NCBI GenBank assembly: GCA_038087875.1 | Contig: CM075995.1 | Span: 5,520,001-5,584,000, forward strand | Direction of reading: 5' to 3' | From: Malacoraja senta | Lineage: Eukaryota | DNA length: 64,000 nucleotides | Part shown: piece by piece, positions 37,101 through 50,845 of the stretch | Numbering within the stretch: position 1 is the stretch's first letter | How the letters are laid out: each line of letters starts with the position of its first letter | Made by a program: the position numbers and the translations under genes | The notes under the pieces: generated by a model | The model's database searches: none | Seen by the model: only the letters and a program-made list of their open reading frames with translations | What the model was told of the DNA's origin: nothing

Positions 37101-39000
37101 GATTGGAGTTGTTGGAAATCTGAATAGTAACAGAAAATACCTGAAACACTCAGCAGATCAGGTGGCTCTGATGAGGAGAGAAACTAGGTTTAGTTTTTTT
37201 AATTTAGAGATACAGTGTGGAAACAGGCCCATCAGCCCATTTCAGTACCTCTGTACTTTCAATGTTAACTTTGTTTCTATCTCTACACACACTGGCTGAT
37301 CTGCTGAGCACTGTTCGCATTTTCTGACTTTACTTGAGAAGCATCTATTTGGAGGGCTTTGTAAATCATCAGCCAACAGGCCCTTGTCAGACCCTGTTTT
37401 AAGCAAGCAACCTTATTTTTAAGCAAGCAACTCTACCAAGATAGCTTGCTCCCGGGGGTAATCTTGCTGCTTTGGAGTTATTTCTATGCGGAAATTGGCT
37501 GCAGTGTTTACAGCTTTAGTAGAAACCAAGAACTGCAGACGCTGGTTTATACTAAAGATAGACGCAACGTGCTGGTGTAGCTCAGCAGGTCAGGCAGCAT
37601 CTCTGGAGAAAAAGGATGGGTGGCATTTTGGGTTGGGACCCATCTTCAGATTGAAAGTAGAGGGTGGGGGAGGGTTGAAGAGCTGGAGGTGAGAAAAGCC
37701 CAGGACAAAATAGGGCCGGCCTCAGACAATAGACAATAGACAATAAGCGCAGGGAGTAGGCCATTTGGCCCTTCGAGCCAGCACCGCAGGCAGGCCGATG
37801 TCCTGGTAGGCCCATTGTTCCTCCTTCAGACTGAAAGTAGGGGGTGGGCAACAATGGGCTTACCCTGCACGGCCTGCCTGAGGTCATTTGTGGCCGGCCC
37901 TGATTGCTCTTGGACTTTTCTCGCCTGCAGCTCTTCACCCGAACCCCTACTTTCGGTCTGAAGAACGGCCCCGACCCGAAACGTCGCCCAACTTTTTTGT
38001 CCAGAGATGTATGCCTGACCCATTGGGTTACGCCAGCAATTTGTGTCTTTGGTGTTAACAGCTTCGATGGCTCTAAAATACCCTGGAGTGCCCCTGAGGT
38101 AGTAAAGGGAGACGTATCAACAAAGGTAGATGTGCTCACACATGTACATTAATGTCTTTTGAAAATCTTCAGATTGACCAACACTGATACAGTGATCTCA
38201 GCCACTGCAAAGTGAAATAGCATCACAATCAAAATGGGTACAAATGACATCAAATCTGCCTTCCCATGACAGACTGTTTAAGAAAGAACTGCAGATGCTG
38301 GAAAAATCGAAGGTAGACAAAAATGCTGGAGAAACTCAGCATTTTTGTGTACCTCCCATGACAGACTGATCGGCTTATACACAGTTCAATTAAAAAGTAC
38401 TCAACACTCAGAAGTTAAGTTTAGTTTAGAGATACAACGCGGAAACAAGCCCTTTGGCCCACCAAGTCTGCGCTAATTTACATTTATACCAAGTCAATTA
38501 GCCTACAAACCTGTACCTCTTTGGGAGGAAACTGGAGATCCCGAAGAAAACCCATGTCGGTCATGGGGAGAACGTGCAAACTCTGTAGTCAGGATTGAAC
38601 CCAGGTGTCTGGTGCTGTAATGCAGCAGCTCTACCGCTGTGCCTGTGTTTTTTAAATTTTCAAATCAGCTCAAACTTCACCCCATTCCCAATGCTTTCAA
38701 TGTTTTGATGCGTATGCAAGTGTATAAAAGTGGACGATATCTCAAAAAATTATGTTTCAACTCTCCTTTGAAGGAGTTTTGTCGGTTTTCCTGCCTTTAA
38801 TTCATTCTCATCTTACAACCCCCATTGATGCAGCAATCAGAGTTTGATTACACCAGCGGGATCTGACTACAATCAAAGATTCAGGTCGCTGCTCTCACTG
38901 AGAAATGGCAACTGGGATTTGTCTGCACATTCCCATCCCAGTTTTTCATCATGTGTAAGAAAGAACTGCAGATGCTGGTTTAAGACGCAGTCCGTCTTAA

Positions 39001-39380
39001 CCTACCTGATCTCCCGGTGACTCAGCACTTCAACCTCCCCTCCCATTCCCAATCTGACCTTTCTGTCGTGGGCCTCCTCCACGGTCAGTGAAGCCCGGTG
39101 TAAATTGGAGGAACAGCACCTCATATTTTGCTTGGGTAGCGTACACCCCTGCGGTATGAACATTGACTTCTCTAACTTCAGATAGCCCTTGCTTTCTCTC
39201 TCCATCCCCTTCCCAGTTCTCCCACTAGTCTTTTGTCTCCGACTACATTCTATCTTTGTCCCTCCCCCTCCCCTGACATCAGTCTGAAGAAGGGTCTCGA
39301 CCTGAAACGTCGCCCATTCCTTCTCTCCAGAGATGCTGCCTCACCCGCTGAGTTACTCCAGCATTTTGTGTCTACCTTCG
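39001..39380 (+). mobile_element. Penelope-like element 3' end: GIY-YIG endonuclease C-terminus plus pseudo-LTR
   Basis: LPDLPVTQHFNLPSHSQSDLSVVGLLH / KLEEQHLIFCLGSVHPCGMNIDFSNFR*, then cagtCTGAAGAagggtctcgacctGAAACGTC. Confidence 0.85.
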
Positions 39381-39873
39381 AGTTTTTCATCAGTCAGGCA
39401 CTGTGGTTAAATATCCCCAGCCTAAAGATTTCTACTCAACAAAACAAAACAAAAAAACTCCACAAAATTATTTAAAACTAGATTTACATAATGTATTCAG
39501 AGACGTTAAAAGTTAAATGACACATCTAAGTTCCAACGAATAATTTTTCTTCAGCAAAGTGGTAAGATGGACAGACGGCTCAGAGAACTAGCAAGTGTTT
39601 GATAGCATTACATTCCCACAGGAAAAGGGGACTGAGTGGTAAAGTTATTTAAATGAAATGGAACAATATTGAGAGCTGATCCTCGCAAAGGAGCAGTTTA
39701 TGGTTTGCAACTTTTGGAGCAGGTGTAACACTTTATTGAAAATCACAACCAATACTTTTTCAGTCACTTTTTCAATTCTATCTTGCCTTCTCCAAGGCGC
39801 TGTTCTGATTTGTACAAATAAGGGATCACTGAAGAACTCCTATGTTGAAGTGTCTGAAGCTTGGGGTGAAATC

Positions 39874-40179
39874 TTTAGATTTTAGAGATGCAGCGTGGTA
39901 AAAGGCCCTTCGGCCCGCCGAGTCCATGCAGACCCTGCCATCACCACGTACACTAGCACTATCCTACACACACTTGGGACAAGTTACAATTTACAGAAGC
40001 TGATTAACCTACAAACCTGTATGTCTTTGGAGCGTGGGAGGAAATCGGAGCACCCGGGGAAATCCCATGCGGTCGCGGGGAGAACATACAGACAGCACCC
40101 GTAGCCAGGATCGAACCCGGGTCTCTGGCGTTGTAAGGCATCAGCTCTGCCAATGTGCCACTGTGCCATTGTGCCGCCC
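39874..40179 (-). mobile_element. Full-length HE1/V-SINE-like tRNA SINE
   Basis: Minus strand gggcggcacaatggc, B box ggttcgatcc, central ctccgatttcctccca domain, CR1-like tail. Confidence 0.85.
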
Positions 40180-41467
40180 TCCAAGTCGTCCATGATATAT
40201 TAGCCCAACCCATCCCTTTCCATCCTGTCGTGAAGGAGGGACTAATGACTGTGAAATGCCCCTAATTCGGGACAGGTTCCCCCTGATTCACTGCTTTATA
40301 TTTTTCGCTGTGTCTTGTGCTATATCCTTCCCGTCATTTCGTGATTTCTCGCACTTGTCAGTTTAGATGTTGACCACAACATTGGTTTCAGTCCTATTCT
40401 TACCCCCTATTTCTCCTCCGTCCCAGCTACCTCAATGGGACACAGAACCGCCTGAGCTACAGCTGTTGACACATCTCATTTTAATCCATTTTAAGCACAG
40501 TTCATGTCCAATTTAAAGGAATTCTGCCGTGATAGCATTTGTGTGGGAAGGAACTGCAGATGGTAGTTTAAACCAACGGTAGAGGCAAAAAGCTGGGGTA
40601 ACTCTGCGGGTCAGGCAGCATCACCGGAGAAAAGGAATAGGTGACGTTTCGGGTCGAGATCCTTCGGATGTTATCTCGTAGCCGTCTTTCTCACTTGACA
40701 AAATCGAAGGATTTGCGAAGTTTGGATGTCACTCATTCCTTTTCTCCAGAGATGCTGCCTGACCCGCTGAGTTACTCCAGCTTTTTGCGTCTATCTTTTG
40801 CCGTTAAAGAATTGTCTGGGTCACCCCAATATGAATCTGCAAACAGCTCAAAGTTACTTCAGAGAATTCAATGAAAGTGAGCCAAAAATTAACCACACTT
40901 AGCAAGCTACTTATTCACATTCTCTTCCAAACTGGATTCCCAAATACAAAGTTAAATGTTATTTTCATGGGTGGATATCTCAGATGATGAAGTCTCTACA
41001 GCAAAACAAATATAGCTTTAAATTTCAGTTGATAACAGTTATTGTTAACATTTTATTCTTGGAATTGCTTCCCACCATGGATTTGGCAATATTACTAACA
41101 GTTAATAAAATATTTTTGCACACTTAATGAACTATTAACACGACTTGCTTTATACACTGGGCATTGCGAGCAGTAGAACTATGAAGTGACGATTATTATC
41201 AATGCAGTTCAAAAATCTGCTGATTATCCCTGTTAGCTAATATGCACATGGGGATAAATCCGATGGGAAAATTAGGATCCCACAACAGAGAGAAAAAGAG
41301 AGAGAGGAAAAAAAGAAAACCTGAGAAACCTGAAAATCTCAAAGCAACAGTTCTACTTATGCCAGGTTATACAAACAGAGACATAACATGCAAATCAATT
41401 TTAAAAAAAACCTTCTGCATACAAGGAATAGCTCCAATTCTGTGCAGAGAACGTAACAGCTACTCAC

Positions 41468-41519
41468 ACATATGCTGCTGGTCCATAGTGGCAGGCTGCA
41501 AATCTGTATTTACGGAGCT
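41468..41519 (-). other. Candidate exon of a minus-strand gene containing a strong-Kozak ATG (gccactATGG; MDQQHM)
   Basis: cttccctgttccttcag acceptor, gtgagt donor, within repeat-free CpG-enriched block. Confidence 0.4.
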
Positions 41520-42161
41520 CTGAAGGAACAGGGAAGGGTGTGGGGCGGGGGTTGGAGAGATGGACGGCTGCCGGAGAAGAAACTATCTTTCTCCAAGACT
41601 ACCGGCGCACGCTTATGAGCAGACGGCCTCTCAACGGAGCTCTTGCGATGCAGAATGCTTCAAAAGAAAACACTTTCAGTCCGCCCAAGGCAGTCGAGCT
41701 GGAATCAATTTCAAGCGGCAAAGCCCCAAGTCTGAGGGGGAGTGAGCGGCGTTGCATGTGTTTATAGAATAACCTCTACCTGCCGGTGTGCGGATAGGCC
41801 AGTGTCGTCGCGCTAACTTCCAATCGCGGGAGGTGGCTAAAGATGTCGAGAGGATGTCCTGCCCACTCCTCCAGCTTCCCTCGGTGCTACGAACATCATG
41901 CACTCACTAACAGCCCGGTCTCACGTCTCGCAGCCTGTCAGGCAGGAGATATAGGGGCAGGACAATGCAACAGCGACAGAGAGGGAGAGTGAGAGAGAGA
42001 TCAAATTCATTACAATCACCAATATGTCATGGAGTGCAGGGAGAAAAAGAGCCTAGGTTCAGTAATTACCATTTCCCATTACCATGGAAACAGACTCCGG
42101 TAGCAAGTCAAGATCTGTTGTGAACAGCTGCTGTCAGCTTCATTAGAGGCACCGACCCATC

Positions 42162-42169
42162 CTTTTATA
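42162..42169 (-). promoter_or_regulatory. Candidate TATA box of a minus-strand promoter
   Basis: Minus strand gTATAAAAGg ~80 bp upstream of a splice donor (catg|gtaatg at 42083/42082). Confidence 0.4.
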
Positions 42170-43837
42170 CTTGTTCCTTAATTATAACCTCCAGGCCGAC
42201 AGAATCTTTCTTCCAACCGCCGGCCGGACTATTACGTTCTTCCGTTTTTACCCTCAGTCCAAGTTCCTCGCAGCGAAAAAAAACCAAGCAAAGAACTGGA
42301 AATTGCTTAATATAACAAATAGTTCAATTGAGAAATCGGACTACCTGAAAAATTTGACTTCGCCGATAAAGCAAGTCGAGATCCTCCCCCCAGTGTTATA
42401 AAACGGGGCTTTTTTTTTTGCAGCTGATTTTTCAAGCATCATAATGTCACATCGAGATTAATGGGCAATAAATTTAATTGCCGTCACGAGGATTATATTG
42501 GTGGTTTGGAAATGTTGCCGTTCACGCTGCCTTATTAACTATTCGATGAAAGTTGCAATGAGGGAAGATCTGTCATCTGTAATTTATTCAAGTGCTTATA
42601 CTTTACTCCCAGAATGATTGAGAATGACATGGGCTTAGTTTTTGACTGCCAGCTTCTGAACAATAGGCCGGAGGTGTATTCTGCTCTTGAACATTACAAA
42701 CACCAAATATACTACAACCTGCCTTGGATGCACCAGAGATCACGAGCTTTTGTTTGCACTAACATTAGTTTTTTTTAAAAATGTTATTGAACTTTCTTTT
42801 GTTTATTGTGTTATCTGTAATTACTGTGATTAGATCATAAGATCATAAGTGATAGGAGTAGAATTAGGCCATTGGGCCCATCAAGTCTACTCCGCCATTC
42901 AATCATGGCTGATCTATCTCTCCCTCCTAACCCCATTCTCCTGCTTTCTCCCCATAACCTCTGACACCCGTATTAATCAATTAGAGATCTGTTATGCTGC
43001 TGCAAGTAAGAATTTCATTGTTCCATTTTTGGTACATATGACAATTAAACACTCTTGACTGGAGGACACAAAGTGCTGGAGCAACACAGTGGGTCAGGCA
43101 GCATCTCCAGAGAACATGGACAGGTGTCATTTTGGGTCAGGCCCTTGTTTCTACAAGCATTCTTGATGTTGAAGTGGACACTGTTCTCTCTACCCACTCA
43201 AGCTCAAGAGTGTACACATTGAGGGGAGGCGAAATATTGCCATGTATTCTGAAAAGGTCAGCCTATTCCAACATAAGGACCGACTCCCCCCCAATGCAGT
43301 CATGAGTCTACGTTGCAGTGATAGAAATGAGTAACTCTGTCCAATGAGATGTTAAATTTAGGCTTGGTCAGACTCTAAAGATGAATGCACGCATCCCAGG
43401 ATATCATCTGAAGAGCAGCAGTGGAGTCCTTATCTGGTTGATATCTAAACCTGTCCTATCCATGCATCTCTCTAAATGTTTCTTAAACGTTTGCAATAGT
43501 CCCTGTCTCAACTATCTCCTCTGGCAGCTCATTCCATACACCCACCACCCTTTGTGTCCTGATAATTAACTCAATTAAAAGAGAAATATTCCTTTAAACT
43601 TCTCCATCTCTCGTAAACATCTAAGAAGATTCCAGGTGCTTTGGCCCAAAGTTCAGCCTGATATCAGCCTGATATACAGTGTTGAGGTGCTATCTTTCCA
43701 ACGCGATGGTGGACATGAATGATTCCAAGGCAATGTTTGAAAAAAATCATTCAAGAATTCCCTGGGTCCCTGATAAATAATTCTCTCTTCAGCAGTGTCT
43801 AAATCAGATTTACTGCTCATATATTTCATTGTGTTTC

Positions 43838-43992
43838 AGAAAGAACTGCAGATGCTGGTTTAAACCGAAGATAGACACAAAAAGCTTGAGTAACTCAGCG
43901 GGACAGGCAGCATCTCTGGAGAGAAGGAATGGGTGACGTTTCGGGTCCCGCTGCCTGCCCCGCTGAGTTACTCCAGCTTTTTGTGTCTATCT
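43838..43992. mobile_element. Palindromic Penelope-derived insertion with 15-bp TSD
   Basis: tcatatatttcattg at 43817-43831 and 43993-44007. Confidence 0.8.
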
Positions 43993-44045
43993 TCATATAT
44001 TTCATTGCTGTTTGTGGATTGGGGTGGTGGGAAAATGGCTACTGC

Positions 44046-44310
44046 ATGGAGGAGCAGCACCTCATATTCCGCGGGCCGTCTGCACCCCAGCGGCTTGAAT
44101 ATTGATTTCTCCAATTTCCGGTAGCCCTTGCTGTCTCCTCCCCTTCTCAGCTCTCCCTCAGCCCTCTGGCTTCTCCTCTTCCTTTCTTCTTCCTGCCCCG
44201 CCCCATCCTACATCAGTCTGAAGATGGGTTTTGGCCTGAAACGTTGCCTATTTCCTCGCTCCATAGATGCTGCCTCACCCGCTGAGTTTCTCCAGCACTT
44301 TTGTCTACCA
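44046..44310 (+). mobile_element. Penelope-like element 3' end
   Basis: MEEQHLIF...LHPSGLNIDFSNFR* followed by a hammerhead-like tail. Confidence 0.8.
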
Positions 44311-45297
44311 CTGCTTTTAACATTCCAGCATTGCATTTAACGAGATACTTTCGTAGTGTTAAAATACTTTGGGGCATCTTTAATGAAGAAAGATGCTACA
44401 TCAATTCAAATCACTCCCTTTTTCTGGAGAGTCCACCTCTGTACTCTCACAAAAGCTACGTGACTGGTGACGTTCAGAAATGCAGAATGTCTTCTTTTAC
44501 CCGACGTAGCAACAGTACAATAACTTTCAATGTGAATTCTTCCGCTCTGTTAATTCAATTCAAAACATTATTTGGCACTTTTCGCAGCAAGGTATAATGC
44601 TTCTACTTTAACCAATTCATAATCTTTGTATTGTTCCTCGATTATCTCCATGCTGCAGTTTGGCACACTCCAGATTCCCCAATGATAAGTGGAATATACA
44701 GAGACTTGAAGGCACAGTTTAAATTAAACAGATCATTAGTGTGAGAGGCAGTGAAAGGGATACCAAGGAATACTAACTGCATCAAATGCCTTGTAGTTGA
44801 CCCGAAATGTCAGCTGTCCGTGTTCTCCAGAGATGCTGCCTGACCTGCTGATTTACTCCAGCACTTTGATATAAGATTCCAAGCATCTGCAGTTCCATAA
44901 GTCTCTCTCTGTATTTTTGATACAGGGGTAATTTAGTCGCGAAATTAAAATTTGTAGCTGAACCACCAAATTGATAATAAAGCAAGGATGAGCTACTTGG
45001 CTGCACGTTATTTGGTCTTTCACATGATAAATATCCATATAATGGCTTATCTGCCTTTAAAATTCAACATACTAAACGAATAAAATAGTTAAATTAGAGT
45101 AGTTATCAAACATCAGCGAGAAGAAATCCTGTAACCTCTCTAAACAATAATTAGATCCTTGGGGAAATGAACAAACAAGCAGTGGATTTAAACCTAATTG
45201 TTTGTGATTTTATACCTTTCAGTGTCATGTTTTCATGAGGATATACCATCTTGCATTAAAGAAGAGCAATCTCTGGGAGCACAGAATACAAAAATCT

Positions 45298-45830
45298 GGG
45301 GTGGCACAGTGGCACAACTGGTAGAACTGCAGCCCCACTGTGCCAGAGGGCTGGGTTCTACCCTGACCTTTGGGAGTGTGGAGTTTGCACGTGCTCTCTG
45401 TGGCCGCGTGAGTTTCCTCCGGGAGATCTAGTTAACCCCCATGTCTCAAAGACATGTGGGTTTGTCAATTAACTGGCCATTGTAAATTGCTCCCAGTGTG
45501 TGGGGAGTGGAGGCGAAAATGGGATAACAAAGGACTATTAGCTTAGTTTAGTTTAGTGTAGAGATTCAGCATGGAAACAGACACTTCGGCCCGCTGGGTC
45601 CACGCCAACCAACAATCACCTGTACACTACACACTAGGGGCAATTTTTACATAGGCCTATTATCCTAGAAACCTGCACATGTTTGGAGTGTGGGAAGAAA
45701 CCGGAGCAAACCCACGCGGTCACAGGGAGAACGTGCAAACTCCATACAGATTGAGCGCGTAGTCAGGACCGAACCTGGGTCTCTGGCGCTGTAAGGCAGC
45801 AACTCTACCGCTGCGCCACTGTGCCGCCCA
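45298..45830. mobile_element. Two HE1-like SINEs tail to tail (45298-45535 plus, 45543-45829 minus)
   Basis: tRNA-like heads at both outer ends; (tttag)n tail. Confidence 0.8.
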
Positions 45831-46755
45831 CATTGAAAACGGGTGATCGCTGGCCGCCGTTAACTTGGTGGGTTGAAGGACCTGTTTCCGTGCTGTATCT
45901 TTCAATCCAGTTTAAAAAGCATCTTCCTCCACAAACTGATTTGTGTCAATTAAAGGTCCGTTCAACACCTGATTGAAACTGCCTCGTCTCACATCTACGT
46001 GTTTTCACATAATCTCGAGAAAAGGTGTTTTAGGTAATTCCTCGCAACTTCCCTGAATTCCACCACAATTGATTACACCCCATTTGCACTTTTAAAAATC
46101 AAGAGCATTGTTTCTTATTTCACACCAACTGTTCTTTTTACTATGGAAACCATTAGCTCCTGTGATACTAAAGCTCAGACTTAACGGGCTGGTGAATGCT
46201 GCTCTAAACTGTTAGCAGATATCTTTGGAGTGATGAATTCAGAAAGCAGATTTCTTTGGCGTAAGTAACAATAAACCCTAAAAATGGCAGGAAGCAGCAA
46301 ACTATCTGAGAATGCCATTACGCATATGTGACTGTTATATGCTCGTTATATTTCTCTATAACCAAGAATTTTCCTACACCAATGATTTTCGTTTGTGTTT
46401 TATTTTTAGCATCTCTGCTCAAGTTCATGTTTATTGTCATATGAATGAGCACGGTGAGGCGCAGATACAATGAAATATCTTGCTTTCTGCATCATCACAG
46501 GCAAACACACAAAAAACAAATCATACATAAATGGCACAAAATTCTAAATGAAAGAAGACTACGCAAAAAAAAGCAAAAATGCCCTTCCCTCTCTTCCCAG
46601 AATCAGAAGAACATTTCCCTTGTGCCTACCTCCCCCTTCCAATATCTCTACATTCACTGATCACCTCCACAATTTGCAGACTGGGCAGGCTTTCACTTCG
46701 GGTTGATCTGGTTCACTCCTCCACCTCCACCAAAATTTACTCTTCTTCCACATTA

Positions 46756-47044
46756 GGACGGCACGCTGTAGAGTTGAGTTGCTGCCTCACAGCGCCAGAG
46801 ACCCGGGTTCGATCCTGACTACCGGTGCTGTGTGTACGGAGTTTGTACATTCTCCCCGTGACCGCATGAGTTTTCTCTGGGTGCTCCGGTTTCCTCCCAC
46901 TCCTCAAAGACATGCAGGTTTGTAAGCTAATTGGCTTGGCATAATTGTAAAATTGTCCCTAGTGTGAGTAGGATAGTGCTGGTCCGCGTGGACTCGGTGG
47001 GTTGATGTGCATGTTTCCGTGCTGCATCTCTAAACTAAACTAAA
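46756..47044 (+). mobile_element. HE1/V-SINE-like tRNA SINE
   Basis: ggttcgatcc B box, central domain, ctctaaactaaactaaa tail. Confidence 0.85.
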
Positions 47045-47207
47045 GAAATTCCTCATAGACACAAAATGCTGGAGCAACTCAGCGGGACAGGCAGCATCCC
47101 TGGAGAGAAGGAATGGGTGACGTTTCAGGTCGAGACCCTTCTTCAGACTCAAACCGAAACGTCACCCATTCCTTGTCTCTAGAGATGTTGCCTATCCCGT
47201 TGAGTTA

Positions 47208-47862
47208 TAGGTGCAAGAGTAGGCCATTCGGCCCTTCGAGCCAGCACTGCCATTCACTGTGATCATGGCTGATCATCCCCAATCAGTACCCTGTTCCTGC
47301 CTTCTCCCCATATCCACCGACTCCGCTATCTTTAAGAGCCCTATCTAGCTCTCTCTTGAAAGTATCCAGAGAACCGACCTCCACCGCCCTCTGAGGCAGA
47401 GAATGCCACAGACTCACAACTCTGTGTGAAAAAGTGTGTCCTCATCTCCGTTCTAAATGGCTTACCCCTTATTCTTAAACTGTGGCCCCCGGTTCTGGAC
47501 TCGCCCAACATCGGGAACATGTTTCCTGCCTCTAGCGTGTCCAAACCCTTAATAATCCTATATGTTTCAATAAGATCCCCTCTCATCCATCTAAACTCCA
47601 GAGTATACAAGCCCAGCCGCTCCTTTCTCTCAGCATATGGCAGTCCCGCCATCCCGGGAATGAACCTTGTAAACTTATGCTGCACTCCCTCAATAGCAAG
47701 AATGTCCTTCCTCAAATTAGGGGACCAAAACTGCACACAATACACCAGGTGTGGTCTCACTCGGGCCCTGTACAACTGCAGAAGGATCTCTTTGCTCTTA
47801 TACTCAACTCCTCTGGTTATGAAGGCCAACATGCCATTCGCTTTCTTCACTGCCTGCTGTAC
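47208..47862 (-). mobile_element. CR1 LINE 3' fragment nested in a Penelope-derived fold-back (47057-47908)
   Basis: Minus ORF KKANGMLAFITRGVEYKSKEILLQLYRARVRPHLVYCVQFWSP. Confidence 0.9.
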
Positions 47863-48789
47863 CTATCTTGTGTCTATCTTCGATTTAAACCAGCATCTGC
47901 AGTTCTTTACTATATAAATTCCTCCTCAGATAGACACCTCTCTCAATAGTCAATTCCTCATCATCTCCATTCTAAGGGTACGTCCTTTTATTCTGAGGCT
48001 GTGGCCCTCTGGGCCTAGACTCTTCCACTACTGGAAACATCTACTCCACATCTACTTAATGTCGGGCTTTCAATCAATGCCATTCAATGGGTGAGTAATG
48101 GGTGCTTTTATCATTTTACATTTGTAGCTTGTTCTTTGCTCAGCAGCATGCACTTTCTGACTCATGGCCTCTTTAACACCTGCCAGATGGTAGGCTATCA
48201 GATGTGATGATTCCACAGATGGACAGGCTGCTAAGAGTGGAAATCATGAGCAATAATTTCTTGCTCTCCTCCATCATCCCTCAAACAGGATCTGCCCAAC
48301 CAGCTGTTCCCTCCCAGTCCATGCTGTCCCACAGAAGTAACCTCATGTTGCTGTAGTCCATTTGAAAACAGGAGTATTTCTTCTATCTGTAAATACTTGA
48401 CATTATTTTTTAATGGATTCTTTTCTTTGGGTGATGGTAAACTGTTTTTTTTTCCCGGTGGAAAAATTACCTTGGAAGTTGAAACTATGAGATTGTGATC
48501 AAACAATGTTATGCTAACTTTCTTGAAATTAGTTAAAGTAATTCCATATAGTTTCAGGCAGCATTTCTGGACCCTTCTTTAGACTGATTGAGCATAGGTC
48601 TGATCAGTCAGAAGACGGGTCCCAACCAAAAACGTCACCTATCCACGATCTCCAGGGATGCTCTCTGACCCGCTGAGTTAGTCCATCACTTTGTGTCTTT
48701 TCTTTGTGTCTTTGTGTCATTCAGTTTGTTTGGGAAACACTTGGAGGATATTGGCGATGATCCAACTTTGGATATGATGACCGTTTGTC

Positions 48790-49195
48790 TGCACTGGGCC
48801 TGTACTAGCTGGAGTTTAGAAGGATGAGGGGGTACCTCATTGAAACTTACCGAAAAGTGAAAGGCCCAGAGAGGATGTTTCTAATAGTGGGAGAGTCTAC
48901 TAGGCAATAGCATCGGAATAAAAGAACATACCTTTAGAAAGGAGATGAAGAGGAATTTCTTTAGTCAGAGGATGGTGAATCTGTGGAATTCATTGCCGCA
49001 GTCGGCTGTGGAGGCCAAGTCATTAGGTATTTTTAAGGCGCAGATTTACAGATTCATGATTAGTAAGGGTGTCAGGAGTTATGGGGAGAAGGCAAGAAAA
49101 TGAGGTTAAGATGGAAAGATAGATCAGCCAAGATTGAATGGTGGAGTGGACTTGATGCGTCGAATGGCCTAATTCTACTCCTATAACTTATGAAA
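48790..49195 (+). mobile_element. CR1 3' fragment
   Basis: LGLY.LEFRRMRG and FFSQRMVNLWNSLP-like segments with 3' UTR. Confidence 0.8.
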
Positions 49196-49304
49196 CTGGG
49201 GGAGACGAAGCAGTGTCAGATCCTGGGAAGAATTTGGGACATAAAGGTAGGAAGAGTCGCGAACAATGTATGTGTGTGCAGGAAGGAACTGTGTGTAGGA
49301 AGAA

Positions 49305-49560
49305 ACAGGCGACAACCTACGTCATCCTGGCGACAACCTACGACAGCACCTACGTCAGGAGAAGTCAAGCTACGCTCATTGGCGTCAATCCCACTGTCGC
49401 CGAAAAATTGTCAACATGTTGAAAATTTAGCGGCGACCAGAAATACAATACGACTTTTTGCGCGACTGAGGAGACTACTCCCGGCGACCACTGGTGAATG
49501 TGTGGCGACAAACTAGTCGCCTGTGGTTGCCTAAAAAATCGCCTAAGTGGGACAGGCCCA
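49305..49560. mobile_element. Partial Harbinger-like MITE, right end only
   Basis: Ends aagtgggacaggccc, similar to the 33338 element terminus; internal (acctacg)n. Confidence 0.55.
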
Positions 49561-49971
49561 TTAAGGAGTTTGTTTCCTTCGTAGCGAAAAGGGATTACTC
49601 ATCAATTGTGTACTATATATTTTTTGAAATGATTTGCAATGATTAGTTGTTAAATATGTTGGCACTGTTTAAATCTTTCATAAATTTGGTCTAATTTCCA
49701 ATATGTGGATTTTTACATGCCCAATACCCATGAGATTCTCAGAAAGCCCTGTTTGTTGACAGCACAAGGTAAATCAGCAACAACATTTTAGTGAAGTAGA
49801 TACAAGGAAAAAGGAAGATGCTGGTTTACAAAAAAAAAACAAAATGCTAGAGTAACTCAGCTGGTCTGAGAGCATCTCTATAGAACATGGGCAGGTGAAG
49901 TTTTGGGTCGGGAGCCTTCTTTAGACTGATTGTAGTGGGGTGGGGAAGAAAGCTGGAAATCTTTATAATCC

Positions 49972-50742
49972 CTTAATAATAATAATAATAATAATAATAT
50001 ATTTTATAGTCATTGCACGTCAGTGCAACGAGATTTAGTATGCAGCTCCACCGTTGTACAAGAAAAGTAAAATAAATAAATAAGCAAGCAAGCTGAGTGA
50101 CGTGACCATCCGAGGGAGACTGTCCAGGGGGGGTGGGTGGGGGGGCACTCAGCAGGGCCGGTTCAGAGCCGCTATAGCTCTTGGAATAAAGCTGTTTCTG
50201 AGTCTGGAGGTTCGGGCGTAGAAGGCCTTGTAACGTCTGCCGGAGGGAAGTAGTTCAAGCAGTCCATTACAAGGGTGTGATGAGTCCTTATGGATGCTGA
50301 CGGCCTTCCTGAGGCACCGTGTGTGGTAGATGCCCTCCAAGACTGGTAGCTCTGTCCCAATGATCCTCTGCGCTCTGTGGACGACGCGCTGAAGAGCTCT
50401 CCTCTCTGCCTCCGTGCAGCTGATATACCACACAGAGATGCCATACGTTAATATGCTCGCTGTGGTGCAGCGGTAGAACGTTGTCAGCAGCTGTTGGGGC
50501 AGACCAGTCTTTTTTAATGTCCTCAGGAAGAACAGTCGTTGCTGTGCCTTCTTGACCAGCGCAGCGGTGTTGGTGGACCATGTGAGGTCCTCTGAAATGT
50601 GAGTGCCAAAAACTTAAAGCTGGACACTCTCTCCACACTTTCCCCGTAAATGGAGATTGGGGGGTATTCTCCATTATGGGACCTCCTGAAGTCAATAATC
50701 AGCTCCTTGGTCTTGGAGGTGTTTAGTGACAAGTTGTTATGG
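49972..50742 (-). mobile_element. Rex1/Babar-like LINE 3' fragment
   Basis: Minus ORFs SLNTSKTKELIIDFRR...VERVSSFKFL and LQRVVHRAQRIIG...LLPSGRRYKAFYARTSRLRNSFIPRAI; (aat)n tail. Confidence 0.85.
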
Positions 50743-50845
50743 TAAGAGAGAGGGAGAGGGTTTTGCAGTTACCTAAAATTGGAATTATTGCTACATTGTA
50801 AATTAAATTTCGTTGTTGCAGACTTTTTAGATAGAAATATCTATA

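Noticed and set aside
41598..41741. Plus-strand exon (tttctccaag ... gtgagc)
   Set aside because: Two frames are open with no recognisable product and no linkable neighbours; minus-strand signals are more coherent, though it is not excluded.
42069..42079. Gamma-crystallin-like first exon (minus strand atgggaaatg|gt)
   Set aside because: No crystallin second exon follows.
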